DNA of 52,421 nt from a virus (Duplodnaviria > Caudoviricetes): positions 1 to 52,421 of the IMG/VR virus record IMGVR_UViG_3300012682_000006; one strand, written 5' to 3'. Below are positions 34,727 through 43,669 of this stretch, piece after piece. How positions within the stretch are numbered: the first letter of the stretch is position 1; every line of letters begins with the position of its first letter. The position numbers were made by a program, and so were the translations under genes. The notes under the pieces are model-generated. The model made no database searches. It saw only the letters and a program-made list of their open reading frames with translations, and had not been told where the DNA came from.

Positions 34727-36384
34727 TGGAACGTGAACACTCCGCCGTCAGCGGCGTACAGGCGGTAGCCGTCCTCGGGCGAGCCGAGGGCCGTGGCCCC
34801 AATGATGTGACCGCCGAGCGCCAGCGGCGTGGTGCGAAGGTCGCCCTTGAACCACTGGGGCTTGGCCTTGTCGAGGGCGGACACGTCGTTGTGGATCGTG
34901 ACGATGCCACTGGCGTTCACCTCGCCGAAGGTCACTCGACCGTTGGGCCAGACGGGGGCGGGGGTGTAGGCGAAGAACATGGGCTCCTCCAGGGGGCGCA
35001 GGATGGGGACGTCGAGCAGGTACTTGATGTTGATCTTGCCGGGGTCGCCGTGCGTGTTGTGGCAAAGCAGGCCGGATGCGATGTAGGTAGACGTAGATGT
35101 CGTGAGAGAAGCAACTGGCTGCTTGCCAACACTTTCAACGCTCAAGATGGCCACGTCGCCAGTGGTCTTGCCGATTACAGCGCCTTCCCACATCCGCTGG
35201 CCCTTGGCCAAGAGCCGTGCTGGGCGCAGGGTTCCGAGTACCTCCAACGTCTTCCACATCCCACCGAGGATGCGCACATCTGTGAAGTCCTTCGGGTTCT
35301 CGGAAAGAGCCTTACGCTTGGTCCAATCACGACGGATGACCTTCGTCGTGTAAGAACGCCGGTCGCACTCAGCCAAGAACAGGTCAAGGACTTCACCATC
35401 AACCTGACCGAATCCGACCCATGACCCGTGTCGGCCTCCAGCAAAGGCATGTCCGTCAGCATCGAGGACGCCCGCCATCCAGCCAGCCATGCGAGAGTCC
35501 TCAGCCTCCCAGAGATCTCCGGTGCTGATGATTCGGTGCTTCTCGGTGTCAAGGTTGCTTGTCTTCACCCAGGCGATTCGTGAGCCTCGGTTGACGTAAG
35601 GCAGGCGGACCAACCAGGGGTGATCGGCGCTGGCCACGACCTCCCCCTGTGTTGTGATGAGTCTGTATGAATCCTTGACTGCTGGCCTGTTCTGGGTGAC
35701 GACGGACTTTCGGTAGCGCCGTCCACCATTGGCGTTCCCGATCTTCTCTGTCTCTTCATCGAAGGCGATCAGTTCATCACCAACCTGAAGGCCCCCTGCG
35801 GGTCGCCACGTGAGGTCAGCGCAGAGGATTGGTGTGTCGGGGTGTACGCAGTTCTCCGGTGCGTGCTGGTGGCCGAGCCAGCCGGAGAAGGCGTCGAACT
35901 CGGGGCCGCTCATGCGCCACGGCTCCCGGCCGAGGCGGGCACCGTTCTCGGGCGGGTAGTGGTGGAACGAGTCGACCGCTCGGCGGGGCACGCCCGTGAC
36001 GTACTCGACCCACCGCATGAGGCGGCGCAGCGCATCGAGGAGAGCCGTCGGCATCTGGCCGCCCGCCGCAGCACGCCACACGATCTCGACCTGCACGATG
36101 CGATCGAGGTTCGTCTGGACACCGCCCGCCAGGTTCTTGAGGGCTCGGGCCGCCCTGTTCACGGGGATGTGCTGGTACACGAGCACGGTCCCGTTCGTGA
36201 GCATCACCACGGTGAAGTGGGGATACGAGGTGTGCCAGCCGCCGTACTTCGTGCCGTGCGGCGTGAAGCCCGACGTCTCGGTCGTGTGGAGGATGCCCTT
36301 CGGCTCACCGTTGTCGGTGTACGTGCCCCACAACGAAGAGGGCGCTCGGTTCTGGACTGCGTCTTGCCACCAGAGATCTGCCAT
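34723..36384 (-). CDS. amidase_2-like endolysin, intein-containing
   Basis: LHTTE, PHF, QVEI, GHQHAPEN/THGDPG; C-terminal GY.L.AADGGVFTF repeat. Confidence 0.85.
   Translation of the reverse strand: MADLWWQDAVQNRAPSSLWGTYTDNGEPKGILHTTETSGFTPHGTKYGGWHTSYPHFTVVMLTNGTVLVYQHIPVNRAARALKNLAGGVQTNLDRIVQVEIVWRAAAGGQMPTALLDALRRLMRWVEYVTGVPRRAVDSFHHYPPENGARLGREPWRMSGPEFDAFSGWLGHQHAPENCVHPDTPILCADLTWRPAGGLQVGDELIAFDEETEKIGNANGGRRYRKSVVTQNRPAVKDSYRLITTQGEVVASADHPWLVRLPYVNRGSRIAWVKTSNLDTEKHRIISTGDLWEAEDSRMAGWMAGVLDADGHAFAGGRHGSWVGFGQVDGEVLDLFLAECDRRSYTTKVIRRDWTKRKALSENPKDFTDVRILGGMWKTLEVLGTLRPARLLAKGQRMWEGAVIGKTTGDVAILSVESVGKQPVASLTTSTSTYIASGLLCHNTHGDPGKINIKYLLDVPILRPLEEPMFFAYTPAPVWPNGRVTFGEVNASGIVTIHNDVSALDKAKPQWFKGDLRTTPLALGGHIIGATALGSPEDGYRLYAADGGVFTFQ
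35056..35850 (-). mobile_element. intein (265 aa) with a LAGLIDADG motif
   Basis: starts CVHPDT, SADHPWL, WMAGVLDADG, ends CHN followed by Thr. Confidence 0.92.
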
Positions 36385-36387
36385 GCC

Positions 36388-37194
36388 TCAGTCTGCCTCC
36401 CGCTCGTCGACCCATTGCGAGCCGAGCCAGTACGACTTGTCGTTGACGTGCGCCTTCGCTTCCTCGTCAGCCGTGTGCCGCTTGGCGTCCTCGAAGAGGC
36501 GAGCACGCAGCCCGAGGAACGAGAGCCACGACGGCGTGCCGCTCTTCCGCAAGCGAGGGTCGGCTGCGAAGGCGTCGATCATGGCGACGATCATCTCATT
36601 GCTCACGCCGTCCGCTCGCCACTCGGCCATGAACGCTGCGATGGCCCTGAAGTTCGTGGTCTTGGGCTCGCCGGGGACGTACGTCTCCCGCCCGAAGTAG
36701 ATGGCGAGGTGCCGTGCGTTCCAGTCGTCCACGTCGTCCGGGAGTTCGATGACGGGGGGCGGGCGCCTCACGACCCGCCTTTCTTTCTCAAGTGTTGAGA
36801 CCTTGACACTTGCCAAGGCTTGAAGGCTCTCGGCTTCGGCCTCTCCGCTTCCGGTGCCGGGTCGGAGACCCAGCACTGGGGGTCGGTGTCTGGTCGGAGA
36901 CCATACACTCTCCCCGAGACACGTGCCGTGTCTCGTACTCATCCCAGGGCAGAAGCAGCGCTTCTCCAGGATGAAGTTCTCGCCATCCGGTCCCGCCGAG
37001 TTCGAGATCAGGCCGTCGGCGATGAGGAGGTCGACCGAGACCTTCACGGTGACGGGGTCGAGTCCGAGGTCACGGGCCAAGTCGGCCTTCGTGGTCTTCG
37101 AGAGGCTGTGTGCCTTGTTCTTGCCCGCCCTCGTGATGAGGGCGAAGATCTGGTGCTCGTGGTCGCCGAGATTGGCGCATGCGTTGATGCTCAT
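36388..37194 (-). CDS. wHTH protein, probable replication initiator
   Basis: KADLARDLGLDPVTVK..V..L...GLI; upstream of DnaC-like and DnaB genes. Confidence 0.6.
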   Translation of the reverse strand: MSINACANLGDHEHQIFALITRAGKNKAHSLSKTTKADLARDLGLDPVTVKVSVDLLIADGLISNSAGPDGENFILEKRCFCPGMSTRHGTCLGESVWSPTRHRPPVLGLRPGTGSGEAEAESLQALASVKVSTLEKERRVVRRPPPVIELPDDVDDWNARHLAIYFGRETYVPGEPKTTNFRAIAAFMAEWRADGVSNEMIVAMIDAFAADPRLRKSGTPSWLSFLGLRARLFEDAKRHTADEEAKAHVNDKSYWLGSQWVDEREAD

Positions 37195-37285
37195 GGTCTC
37201 CCTGTCCGTGGAGGTACTGCGTCCGGTTGGTGGTGCAGTCGAGCCCTGGCCTGCTGTCACTACAGGCCAGGCTCCACGGGTGACG

Positions 37286-38311
37286 CTACTTCTTGGCGAT
37301 CCGGCGCCTCGGGGCAGCCTTCGCCTGGGGCTCATCCTGAGGCCCCTCAGCGTCGATCTCAGGCCCGCTGGACACAGGAGCGGCCAACTCCGAGGGGAGG
37401 TGCTCCAGCGCCGCTGCGAGGCGGCTGATGGCGTGGACGATCTCGTGGGTCAGGACTCCGAGCGTGGTGTGGATACCCGCCAGGTGACCCTCGATGGCGT
37501 CGAAGCCGAGGGCGTTGGCGGACCCACCGCTGACCTCGGGCTCATCGTCCTTGTCCTTGCGCCGAGACGTCCGCTCCTCGGGCTCGTCCTCGGGCTCGTC
37601 GGCGGGTGCTTCGCCCTGCGCCGCCAAGATCGCCTCGATGTACTTCTTCGCCCGGGACCGGGGCGGGACCGTCAGGCCCCACTCGCCAGCGATGTCCTTG
37701 AGGGCGTCGGAGTCCATCGCTTCGAGTTCATCCCGGGTGTAGGGATTGTCGACCCCGTCCTGCTCCCCGCTCGTGTCCTCGGCGTTCTCGTCGTCGGCCT
37801 TCGACTTCTTGGCGGGCTTGGCGTCCTCCTCCGGCTCCCCGCCGCCCTCGGGCTCGTCGGCGTCGTACTCCAACTTGTCGAGCCCGTTCGTGAGGTCGAG
37901 ACACTCGATGTTCTTCTCGATCGCCTTGTCCATGGCGGCCTCGCAGTCGCCGTCATCGTCGTCCCACAAGATCACGAGCCGGGGCTCGGCCGCCTTCTCC
38001 AGGAGGTTGACGATCTTGTGCGGGACCCGAGCGACCTTGTGCTCCTTCTCGGCCTCGGCGAGGATCGGCTTGAACTTGCGGTCGGCGGCCGAGTCGTCCG
38101 TGACGACGGCCTCGAACGGGATCTGCTGGTCGATGATCCAGTCGGCGATCTCGCCGAGCGTGTCGGACCACTGCTCGCCCGAGACGGGGAGGATGAACCG
38201 AGCGTCGTCGAAGGCGCCCGTCAGATCTTCGAGGAGGGCGATGGCGTTCTCCGGGGTGGTCTCGCCGAGCCCGATGAGGCCGATCGTGATCTCTGTCTTC
38301 TTCGCTGGCAC
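37286..38311 (-). CDS. acidic protein with Rho-N/HeH-like motif
   Basis: AAGGAG RBS; ELEAMDSDALKDIAGEWGL...YIEAIL. Confidence 0.7.
   Translation of the reverse strand: MPAKKTEITIGLIGLGETTPENAIALLEDLTGAFDDARFILPVSGEQWSDTLGEIADWIIDQQIPFEAVVTDDSAADRKFKPILAEAEKEHKVARVPHKIVNLLEKAAEPRLVILWDDDDGDCEAAMDKAIEKNIECLDLTNGLDKLEYDADEPEGGGEPEEDAKPAKKSKADDENAEDTSGEQDGVDNPYTRDELEAMDSDALKDIAGEWGLTVPPRSRAKKYIEAILAAQGEAPADEPEDEPEERTSRRKDKDDEPEVSGGSANALGFDAIEGHLAGIHTTLGVLTHEIVHAISRLAAALEHLPSELAAPVSSGPEIDAEGPQDEPQAKAAPRRRIAKK
37339..37365 (-). repeat. dispersed repeat, copy 5
   Basis: GGCCTGAGATCGACGCTGAGGGGCCTC. Confidence 0.7.
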
Positions 38312-38421
38312 TGGTGTTGCTCCTTGGGGTTGTCCGGGTTGTGTCCGGTTGGTGGGAGGTGGCAGTCTGCCACGTTGGTCGGGGCTCGGCGCAACTTCTT
38401 CAAGTCTCGACACGTCAGGAC

Positions 38422-38450
38422 TTGCAACTCTCGTTCAGATCCTGTAGATT
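38422..38450 (+). promoter_or_regulatory. SigA-like promoter
   Basis: TTGCAA-N17-TAGATT upstream of plus-strand genes. Confidence 0.65.
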
Positions 38451-38490
38451 GGTTTCTGTCAGCCCCGCCACCCCAGCCCAGGAGCCCAGC

Positions 38491-38700
38491 ATGAGCATCG
38501 ACTACGCAGCAGTCACGAAGGCCTACCGGTCCGGCAAGTCCAACGTGACCCGGGCCAAGAACCGGGGCGACCACGCCAAGGTCATCGAGGTCTGCACGGC
38601 CACGCTCGACCGGTTCGAGGACGTCGGCTTCCCCGACGACTGGGCCTTCTTCCAGCGGGCCGCTGACGACGCCACCTCGGCGATCCGGTACGGCCGATGA
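38491..38700 (+). CDS. hypothetical protein
   Basis: AGGAG RBS, GC3 bias. Confidence 0.75.
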   Translation: MSIDYAAVTKAYRSGKSNVTRAKNRGDHAKVIEVCTATLDRFEDVGFPDDWAFFQRAADDATSAIRYGR

Positions 38701-38957
38701 GCGCCCGCACCACCCGCTGCTCGTGCGGCGAGACTCGTCCGAGCGCTGACCGTGCGTCGCTTGCCTTCTTCGAGAGCGCTGCTCCCGGGACCCAGGACCA
38801 CGTGTGCCGGGTGTGCCGCTTCTACGAGGTGGCCCACCGCTTCGACCCCAGCCGGGTCCGCCCCGAGGTCTCGGCTCGCTGCCAGCACCCCTTCGAGCCG
38901 ATGACCGAGGGCCGCCCGACCGACTCCTTCTACTGCGGGTGTCGGGGGTTTGACTGA
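38697..38957 (+). CDS. Cys-rich hypothetical protein
   Basis: ATGA overlap; CSCG, CRVC, YCGCRGFD. Confidence 0.75.
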   Translation: MSARTTRCSCGETRPSADRASLAFFESAAPGTQDHVCRVCRFYEVAHRFDPSRVRPEVSARCQHPFEPMTEGRPTDSFYCGCRGFD

Positions 38958-39089
38958 TGGGCTCCAACCGCTCGCCGAGGCGTCAGCGCTTCGGTGGGCG
39001 CTCCCCGTGCTGGAGGCGGAGAGGATGTCGATCATCCGGCTCCAGCGGTCGCTGCCGGCCGGCAGGGCTCTGCTGCCAGACTGTTCGGC

Positions 39090-39269
39090 ATGACACAGCG
39101 AGCGCTCAGCCAGGCCCAGTTCGAGGAGTGCACCACGTGCGGCCTCGACACTGAGATGTCACCCCCCGACAACGCCGTCGGCTTCGCCACCCGCCACCAC
39201 GTCGGCGAGTCCCACCAGCAGGGCTTGAACTACGACGACGACCACGACCCCGTGCTCCGTCAGCGCTGA
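39090..39269 (+). CDS. small protein with N-terminal RALSQAQF motif
   Basis: CAGACT 7 nt before ATG; CTTCG. Confidence 0.65.
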   Translation: MTQRALSQAQFEECTTCGLDTEMSPPDNAVGFATRHHVGESHQQGLNYDDDHDPVLRQR

Positions 39270-39281
39270 GCCCAGACAGCA

Positions 39282-39319
39282 AGAGAGGCGAGGGGGCCGG
39301 ACAACCCCTTCGCCTCTCT
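39282..39319. terminator. terminator hairpin between convergent genes
   Basis: AGAGAGGCGAGGGGG/CCCCTTCGCCTCTCT 15-bp stem. Confidence 0.75.
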
Positions 39320-39361
39320 CATCATTGCGTGGACGTCTCCAGTGCTGAGCATAGGGGACCG

Positions 39362-39673
39362 TCAGGCTGCTGTGTCAACTCCTTGCACCGTCGTGTAGGG
39401 CGTCTTCCCCTCGATCCGCTTGTCCCAGCACTCCTGGACGACCGTGCGAATGAAGAGCCCGTACGTGCGCCGGATCTCCCACGCCGGCAGGCCCTTGGCC
39501 CGGACGTACTCGTTCAGGAGAGCGTGGTACTCGTTGTGGCAGAGGCCACAGAGTTCGAGGATCTTCGACGTGGCGCCGTTGTTGAGCGTCCACGACTTCG
39601 GCGGGTGGTGATGCGACTCGTTCCGGTGGAGGGTCGGATGCCAGCCCGAAGGATTGTCGCAGAAGACGATCAC
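39362..39673 (-). CDS. small HNH-like protein
   Basis: HHHPP...LCGLCHNEYH; GTGA overlap. Confidence 0.6.
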   Translation of the reverse strand: MIVFCDNPSGWHPTLHRNESHHHPPKSWTLNNGATSKILELCGLCHNEYHALLNEYVRAKGLPAWEIRRTYGLFIRTVVQECWDKRIEGKTPYTTVQGVDTAA

Positions 39674-39861
39674 GACTCGATGGTCACGTTGCTGTAGTCG
39701 CCTCGGACCACCCGCTCGGCCATGTTGCGGCAGTCGACCTTGTGCCGGTAGCCCTCGCCGGACGTGGCGATGATGTTCCCGTTGCTGGACACGAGGCGCC
39801 AGCGCCAGCGTTCGGTCGAGAGCAGGGAGCGGGAGCGGTAGACCTGGATGCGGTGCTTCAT
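39670..39861 (-). CDS. YegP/DUF1508-family protein
   Basis: WRWRLVSSNGNIIATSGEGY. Confidence 0.85.
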   Translation of the reverse strand: MKHRIQVYRSRSLLSTERWRWRLVSSNGNIIATSGEGYRHKVDCRNMAERVVRGDYSNVTIES

Positions 39862-40058
39862 CTGTCCCCCGGGAGTGCGGGTGCCATGGACCCGCTGTCG
39901 AGTGGCTGGATCGGAACGAGCGGTTCACGAACGCCTGCGAGCCCGTCGCCCTCGTTGGGGCCGATCGTGTTGTTGCTCCACGACACCGAGTAGTTCGACG
40001 TCGATGTCGGCGTCCCCCACCGGGGGTCAGGGTTGTAGAAGTTGTTGCTGATCTTCAT
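39858..40058 (-). CDS. hypothetical protein
   Basis: ATGA overlaps at both ends. Confidence 0.55.
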   Translation of the reverse strand: MKISNNFYNPDPRWGTPTSTSNYSVSWSNNTIGPNEGDGLAGVREPLVPIQPLDSGSMAPALPGDR

Positions 40059-40360
40059 CGGCGTGCTCGCATCCTGGCGGCCGGGTCGGCCCGGCTCATG
40101 ATCGTCTGGACGAGATCGTCGCTACGCATGGACAGTAGGCCCATGATCTCGTGGAGGAATGAGGCGCCACCAGCGGCCGCCAGACCCCCCAGGAGGCCAT
40201 CCCGCCCTCCTAGGAGCCAAATCCCGCCGCAGGCCCCCAGAACGACGCTGAGGGTGCTCTTCTGCCACCCTGGCAGGCCCCACGGGACGCCCTGCTTGAC
40301 GAGGTCGACGACCTTGACGATCACGAACGCCAGGGCGGTGAGCCCGAGCGCATCGTTCAC
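40055..40360 (-). CDS. membrane protein, holin-like
   Basis: 2-3 hydrophobic segments, downstream of tail genes. Confidence 0.6.
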   Translation of the reverse strand: MNDALGLTALAFVIVKVVDLVKQGVPWGLPGWQKSTLSVVLGACGGIWLLGGRDGLLGGLAAAGGASFLHEIMGLLSMRSDDLVQTIMSRADPAARMRARR

Positions 40361-40665
40361 GGCGCCGGGTCCACGACGTTGGGTTCGGGCTGCGGGGTGG
40401 GGGGCAGGGGAGTCGGGACGCTCGACGGGTCGAGGAACCGGCGCAGGATGAATGACCCAGCGCTCTGGATGAACGACTTGGCGATCGAGAAGGACAGGAT
40501 CGTCCACTCCAGATCACCCCACGCCTCGGCATCTCCGAACGTGGTCAGCAGCACGAGCGTGATGCCGACGAGGGTGTCGATGGCGAGCCCGATCATGAAC
40601 GATCGGAGCGCACGGTTCTGAGCGTCCTGCGTGAGCGCTCGGGTCTCGTTGAAGTTCATGGCCAT
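40357..40665 (-). CDS. holin-like membrane protein
   Basis: RALRSF...two TM segments; AAGGAG RBS. Confidence 0.65.
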   Translation of the reverse strand: MAMNFNETRALTQDAQNRALRSFMIGLAIDTLVGITLVLLTTFGDAEAWGDLEWTILSFSIAKSFIQSAGSFILRRFLDPSSVPTPLPPTPQPEPNVVDPAP

Positions 40666-40681
40666 GTTCGTGTGGTCTCCT

Positions 40682-43669
40682 TCAGACAGATGTGGCGGGG
40701 GTGTCGATGCCGTACTTCAGAGAGAAGGATGCCCCCGCCGGGATGTACTCAGGCATCACCTGCAGCAGACGGTAGTTCTTCGTGTCCCTCCTCGGGTAGT
40801 AGAACGACCGGGTGAGGTGTGCAGTCCCTCCCCACAAGAAGTCTGAACTGGGTGACGAGTTGCCGTCGAAGTACCCGTTCACGGCTCGGCTCTGCTCCAA
40901 CATCACGGCGTCGAAGTCGTGGATCTCTCCGGCTGCCACTCCGAACACCTTCACCACGAGCGCTGCGAACGCTGCGGTGGCGGGCGCCTGAGCGGTGACG
41001 GTTGCGAGCCGAGCCCACGTGCCGGGCGTGTCGTTCGCCTGCGTGCCAGCGGGCTCCGTGATCAAGACTCCGTTGATCGTGTACCAAGCGATGGTGATCG
41101 ACGTCGCTCGTCCGACCGTGTTCGCTCGGAACCCGCACTGCGCCGAGTACCACTCGCCACCGATCACCGGCATGGACAGCGTCTCGACCGGCGCCGAACC
41201 TGCAGAGGCCGTCCACGTGCGGGTGGCCGAAGCCCATGTACCGGTCGCTTGCGCCCACGTGCTGCCGGTCCCCGTGCCGCCGAGCGCCATGCTGGCGATG
41301 CCCCTCGCCGTGAACGCCGAGATGGTCCCGGCTGCGATGGCCGTGAGGCGGAAGGCTGCGGCGCCTTCCCGGTGTGTGGCGGACGTGCGGGTGAGGGTCG
41401 TGTTGGCGCCCTCCGCCCAGCCGGACGTGCTCGCCTCGGCCGACGGGTTAGGGACCTTGTTCTCCCGGTTCCCGAGGAGGTAGATCTGGATCTCCCGAGC
41501 AGGCTGCCAGGTGGTCGGGCCAGGCGACACCCAGCGGGACGCAGTGGCGCCTTCCTCGAACTGGAGGCCGTCGGAGTAGAACGTAGCACCCGGGCCAGTA
41601 CCAACCTCGGCTCGAACGTTGTCCACGAAGATGACTTGGTTCGCCGCTAGGGACAGCGCCCTGATGTTGGCTCGAAGTTGAACGGTCCCCGCTGGTGCAG
41701 TAGCCGTAACTTGCAAGAGGGTCCAGGTGTTTGCCGCCAATACTGTGCTCGGGCCACTTGTACGAACTGTCCCAGGAACCAAGTCGAACTGACTTTCCAT
41801 CGACAACGTGCAAGCAGACGCTGAGCGAACGTAAGCAGAGAAGGTGTAAGTCGTGCCAGGAGATGCCGTGATGAGTTCGCTGTAGACGAACGCCTCGGTA
41901 GACGTCGTAATGGCCGTGTTTCTGTTCTGCACCTGCAGTGACCTGGTGCCCGAGAATGCCTGCGCCGACGAGTTGGCGAATGTCACGCCGGACACGACGG
42001 TCATGTGGCCGCCGGTCGTCCCGCCCTCGAACGAGGACTGTTCGGCGGTGAGCAGGTTCGTGCTCCCCCCCGTGGCGGCGTCGCTTCGCAGGTACAGGTC
42101 GTAGGTCCCCGTGAAGCCGACCGAGATCTGCTGGACGAGCCGCTGCCACGAGCCCCTCGTGACCGTCTTGTAGCGAGAGAGGGTGTCGCCGAGCAAGAAG
42201 TCGGTCGTGCCGAACGTGACGTAGAACCGGAACGGGAACGTGCCAGTGCCCTCGACAAACACGTCGGCCGACAGCGTGTACATCACGCCAGCCACCATGT
42301 GCACGGCCGACAGGCTGATGCCGCCGTACGAGGATGTGACGCACCTCACGGATGCAGTCCCCTTCGTGAATCGGCTCGTGTCCCGGGTGATGGTGGCAGG
42401 GTTCCCCAACGGGTTCGAGCCGGAGATCCCGTCCAGGTTCGTCTCGACCGACGCCTGGTTGGCCGTGAGGCGGTTGATGGTGCGCTCGAACTGCATCGTG
42501 TCGAAGGCATGCACCTCGCCGTTCGCCGTGCCCACCGCCCGTACGTTCACGGTGGCCAGTGCTGCGAGCGAAGGGGCCAGGCCGTTGATGAACGAACGAG
42601 TCCACGAGCCCACGCCGTTGACCACACCGTCGCCCCAGAAGGTGGAGATGATGTAGATACCGTCACCCGTGTACCAGTTGATCTGAACGCTGACAGCACG
42701 CCCGATCGTGAGGGCCTGTGACACGATGCTCGCCGTGTACGCCTGACCACCCGTGATGGGGATGGCACCGAGGATCCCGAGTGAAGCGGAGGCGTCAACC
42801 GCAGCGCTTGACGTGAGGCGGAGGTAGTACGTGCTTCCGGCGGGAAGCGAGAGGGCGTTGTCCCGAGACAGGGTGGTGCTGGTGCCACCCACCCAGTTGC
42901 CGATCGACTGCTCGAAGTTGGCGTCGTTCAGGTCGAGCGCCAGGTTGCGTCCCACCACTGCGTCCGCACCGAAGCCCGTGTACGCAGTGGCCACGCCCTC
43001 GATCCCGGGCTTGGTCCCCTTCGTCTTGTAGAGGTGGATGGCGTTCGTGACGAGGATCCTCGTCTGACGCATCCCGATCTCGGGTTCGTACCCCACGCCC
43101 AACTGCTCGGCGAATGCAGGCAGGAGCCCGCCCGACACCCGGTTGATGTCGGTCACCCGAGCGAGCGTGCCCATCTCCGTCTGGATGCGGTCGGCCTCGT
43201 AGGCGAAGAGCATGAGGAAGCGCTGCAGCGGGCCACGGTCTTCGGCGTCCGTCCAGAAGAGTTGGTCGGCCTCCTTCATGTAGTCGGCCGTGTAGTCCCA
43301 CATCACGCCCCGGTGGTTGTGATCCTCGACCACGAGGCCGATGATGTTGCCCGCCACCACCCAGCGGTCCGGGCTCGTCGAGTGCACGAAGAGCGTGTAG
43401 TAGTAGAAGTTCCCCGGCTGGAGGTCGGTGTCGAGGAACGAGAGGTTCAGGCCCTCGTTGAGCGTCACGCCGTCGAAGATGGTCGTGGGGAACCCGTACG
43501 AGTTCCTGACGAGGCGCATCGTGTCGAAGTTGCCCGAAGGCGCACCCCAGGCGATGAACAGCGAGTCGTAGCCGATCGGGTCCGCATTGAAGTATGGGAC
43601 CTCGAACTGCACCGGACCAGCGAGGCCATAGGTGTCCTGGCCGTAATAGGAGACGCCGTAAATAGCGAT
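40682..43669 (-). CDS. baseplate wedge/tail fibre protein with carbohydrate-binding-like repeats
   Basis: YKTKGTKPG tail-I-like motif; repeated N(L/K)..N.SFE modules; start ATC 43669 or GTG 43612. Confidence 0.8.
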   Translation of the reverse strand: MAIYGVSYYGQDTYGLAGPVQFEVPYFNADPIGYDSLFIAWGAPSGNFDTMRLVRNSYGFPTTIFDGVTLNEGLNLSFLDTDLQPGNFYYYTLFVHSTSPDRWVVAGNIIGLVVEDHNHRGVMWDYTADYMKEADQLFWTDAEDRGPLQRFLMLFAYEADRIQTEMGTLARVTDINRVSGGLLPAFAEQLGVGYEPEIGMRQTRILVTNAIHLYKTKGTKPGIEGVATAYTGFGADAVVGRNLALDLNDANFEQSIGNWVGGTSTTLSRDNALSLPAGSTYYLRLTSSAAVDASASLGILGAIPITGGQAYTASIVSQALTIGRAVSVQINWYTGDGIYIISTFWGDGVVNGVGSWTRSFINGLAPSLAALATVNVRAVGTANGEVHAFDTMQFERTINRLTANQASVETNLDGISGSNPLGNPATITRDTSRFTKGTASVRCVTSSYGGISLSAVHMVAGVMYTLSADVFVEGTGTFPFRFYVTFGTTDFLLGDTLSRYKTVTRGSWQRLVQQISVGFTGTYDLYLRSDAATGGSTNLLTAEQSSFEGGTTGGHMTVVSGVTFANSSAQAFSGTRSLQVQNRNTAITTSTEAFVYSELITASPGTTYTFSAYVRSASACTLSMESQFDLVPGTVRTSGPSTVLAANTWTLLQVTATAPAGTVQLRANIRALSLAANQVIFVDNVRAEVGTGPGATFYSDGLQFEEGATASRWVSPGPTTWQPAREIQIYLLGNRENKVPNPSAEASTSGWAEGANTTLTRTSATHREGAAAFRLTAIAAGTISAFTARGIASMALGGTGTGSTWAQATGTWASATRTWTASAGSAPVETLSMPVIGGEWYSAQCGFRANTVGRATSITIAWYTINGVLITEPAGTQANDTPGTWARLATVTAQAPATAAFAALVVKVFGVAAGEIHDFDAVMLEQSRAVNGYFDGNSSPSSDFLWGGTAHLTRSFYYPRRDTKNYRLLQVMPEYIPAGASFSLKYGIDTPATSV

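Noticed and set aside
35056-35850. Antisense gene in the amidase intein
   Set aside because: Opposite-strand ORFs show no domain signal and the LAGLIDADG motif is in frame.
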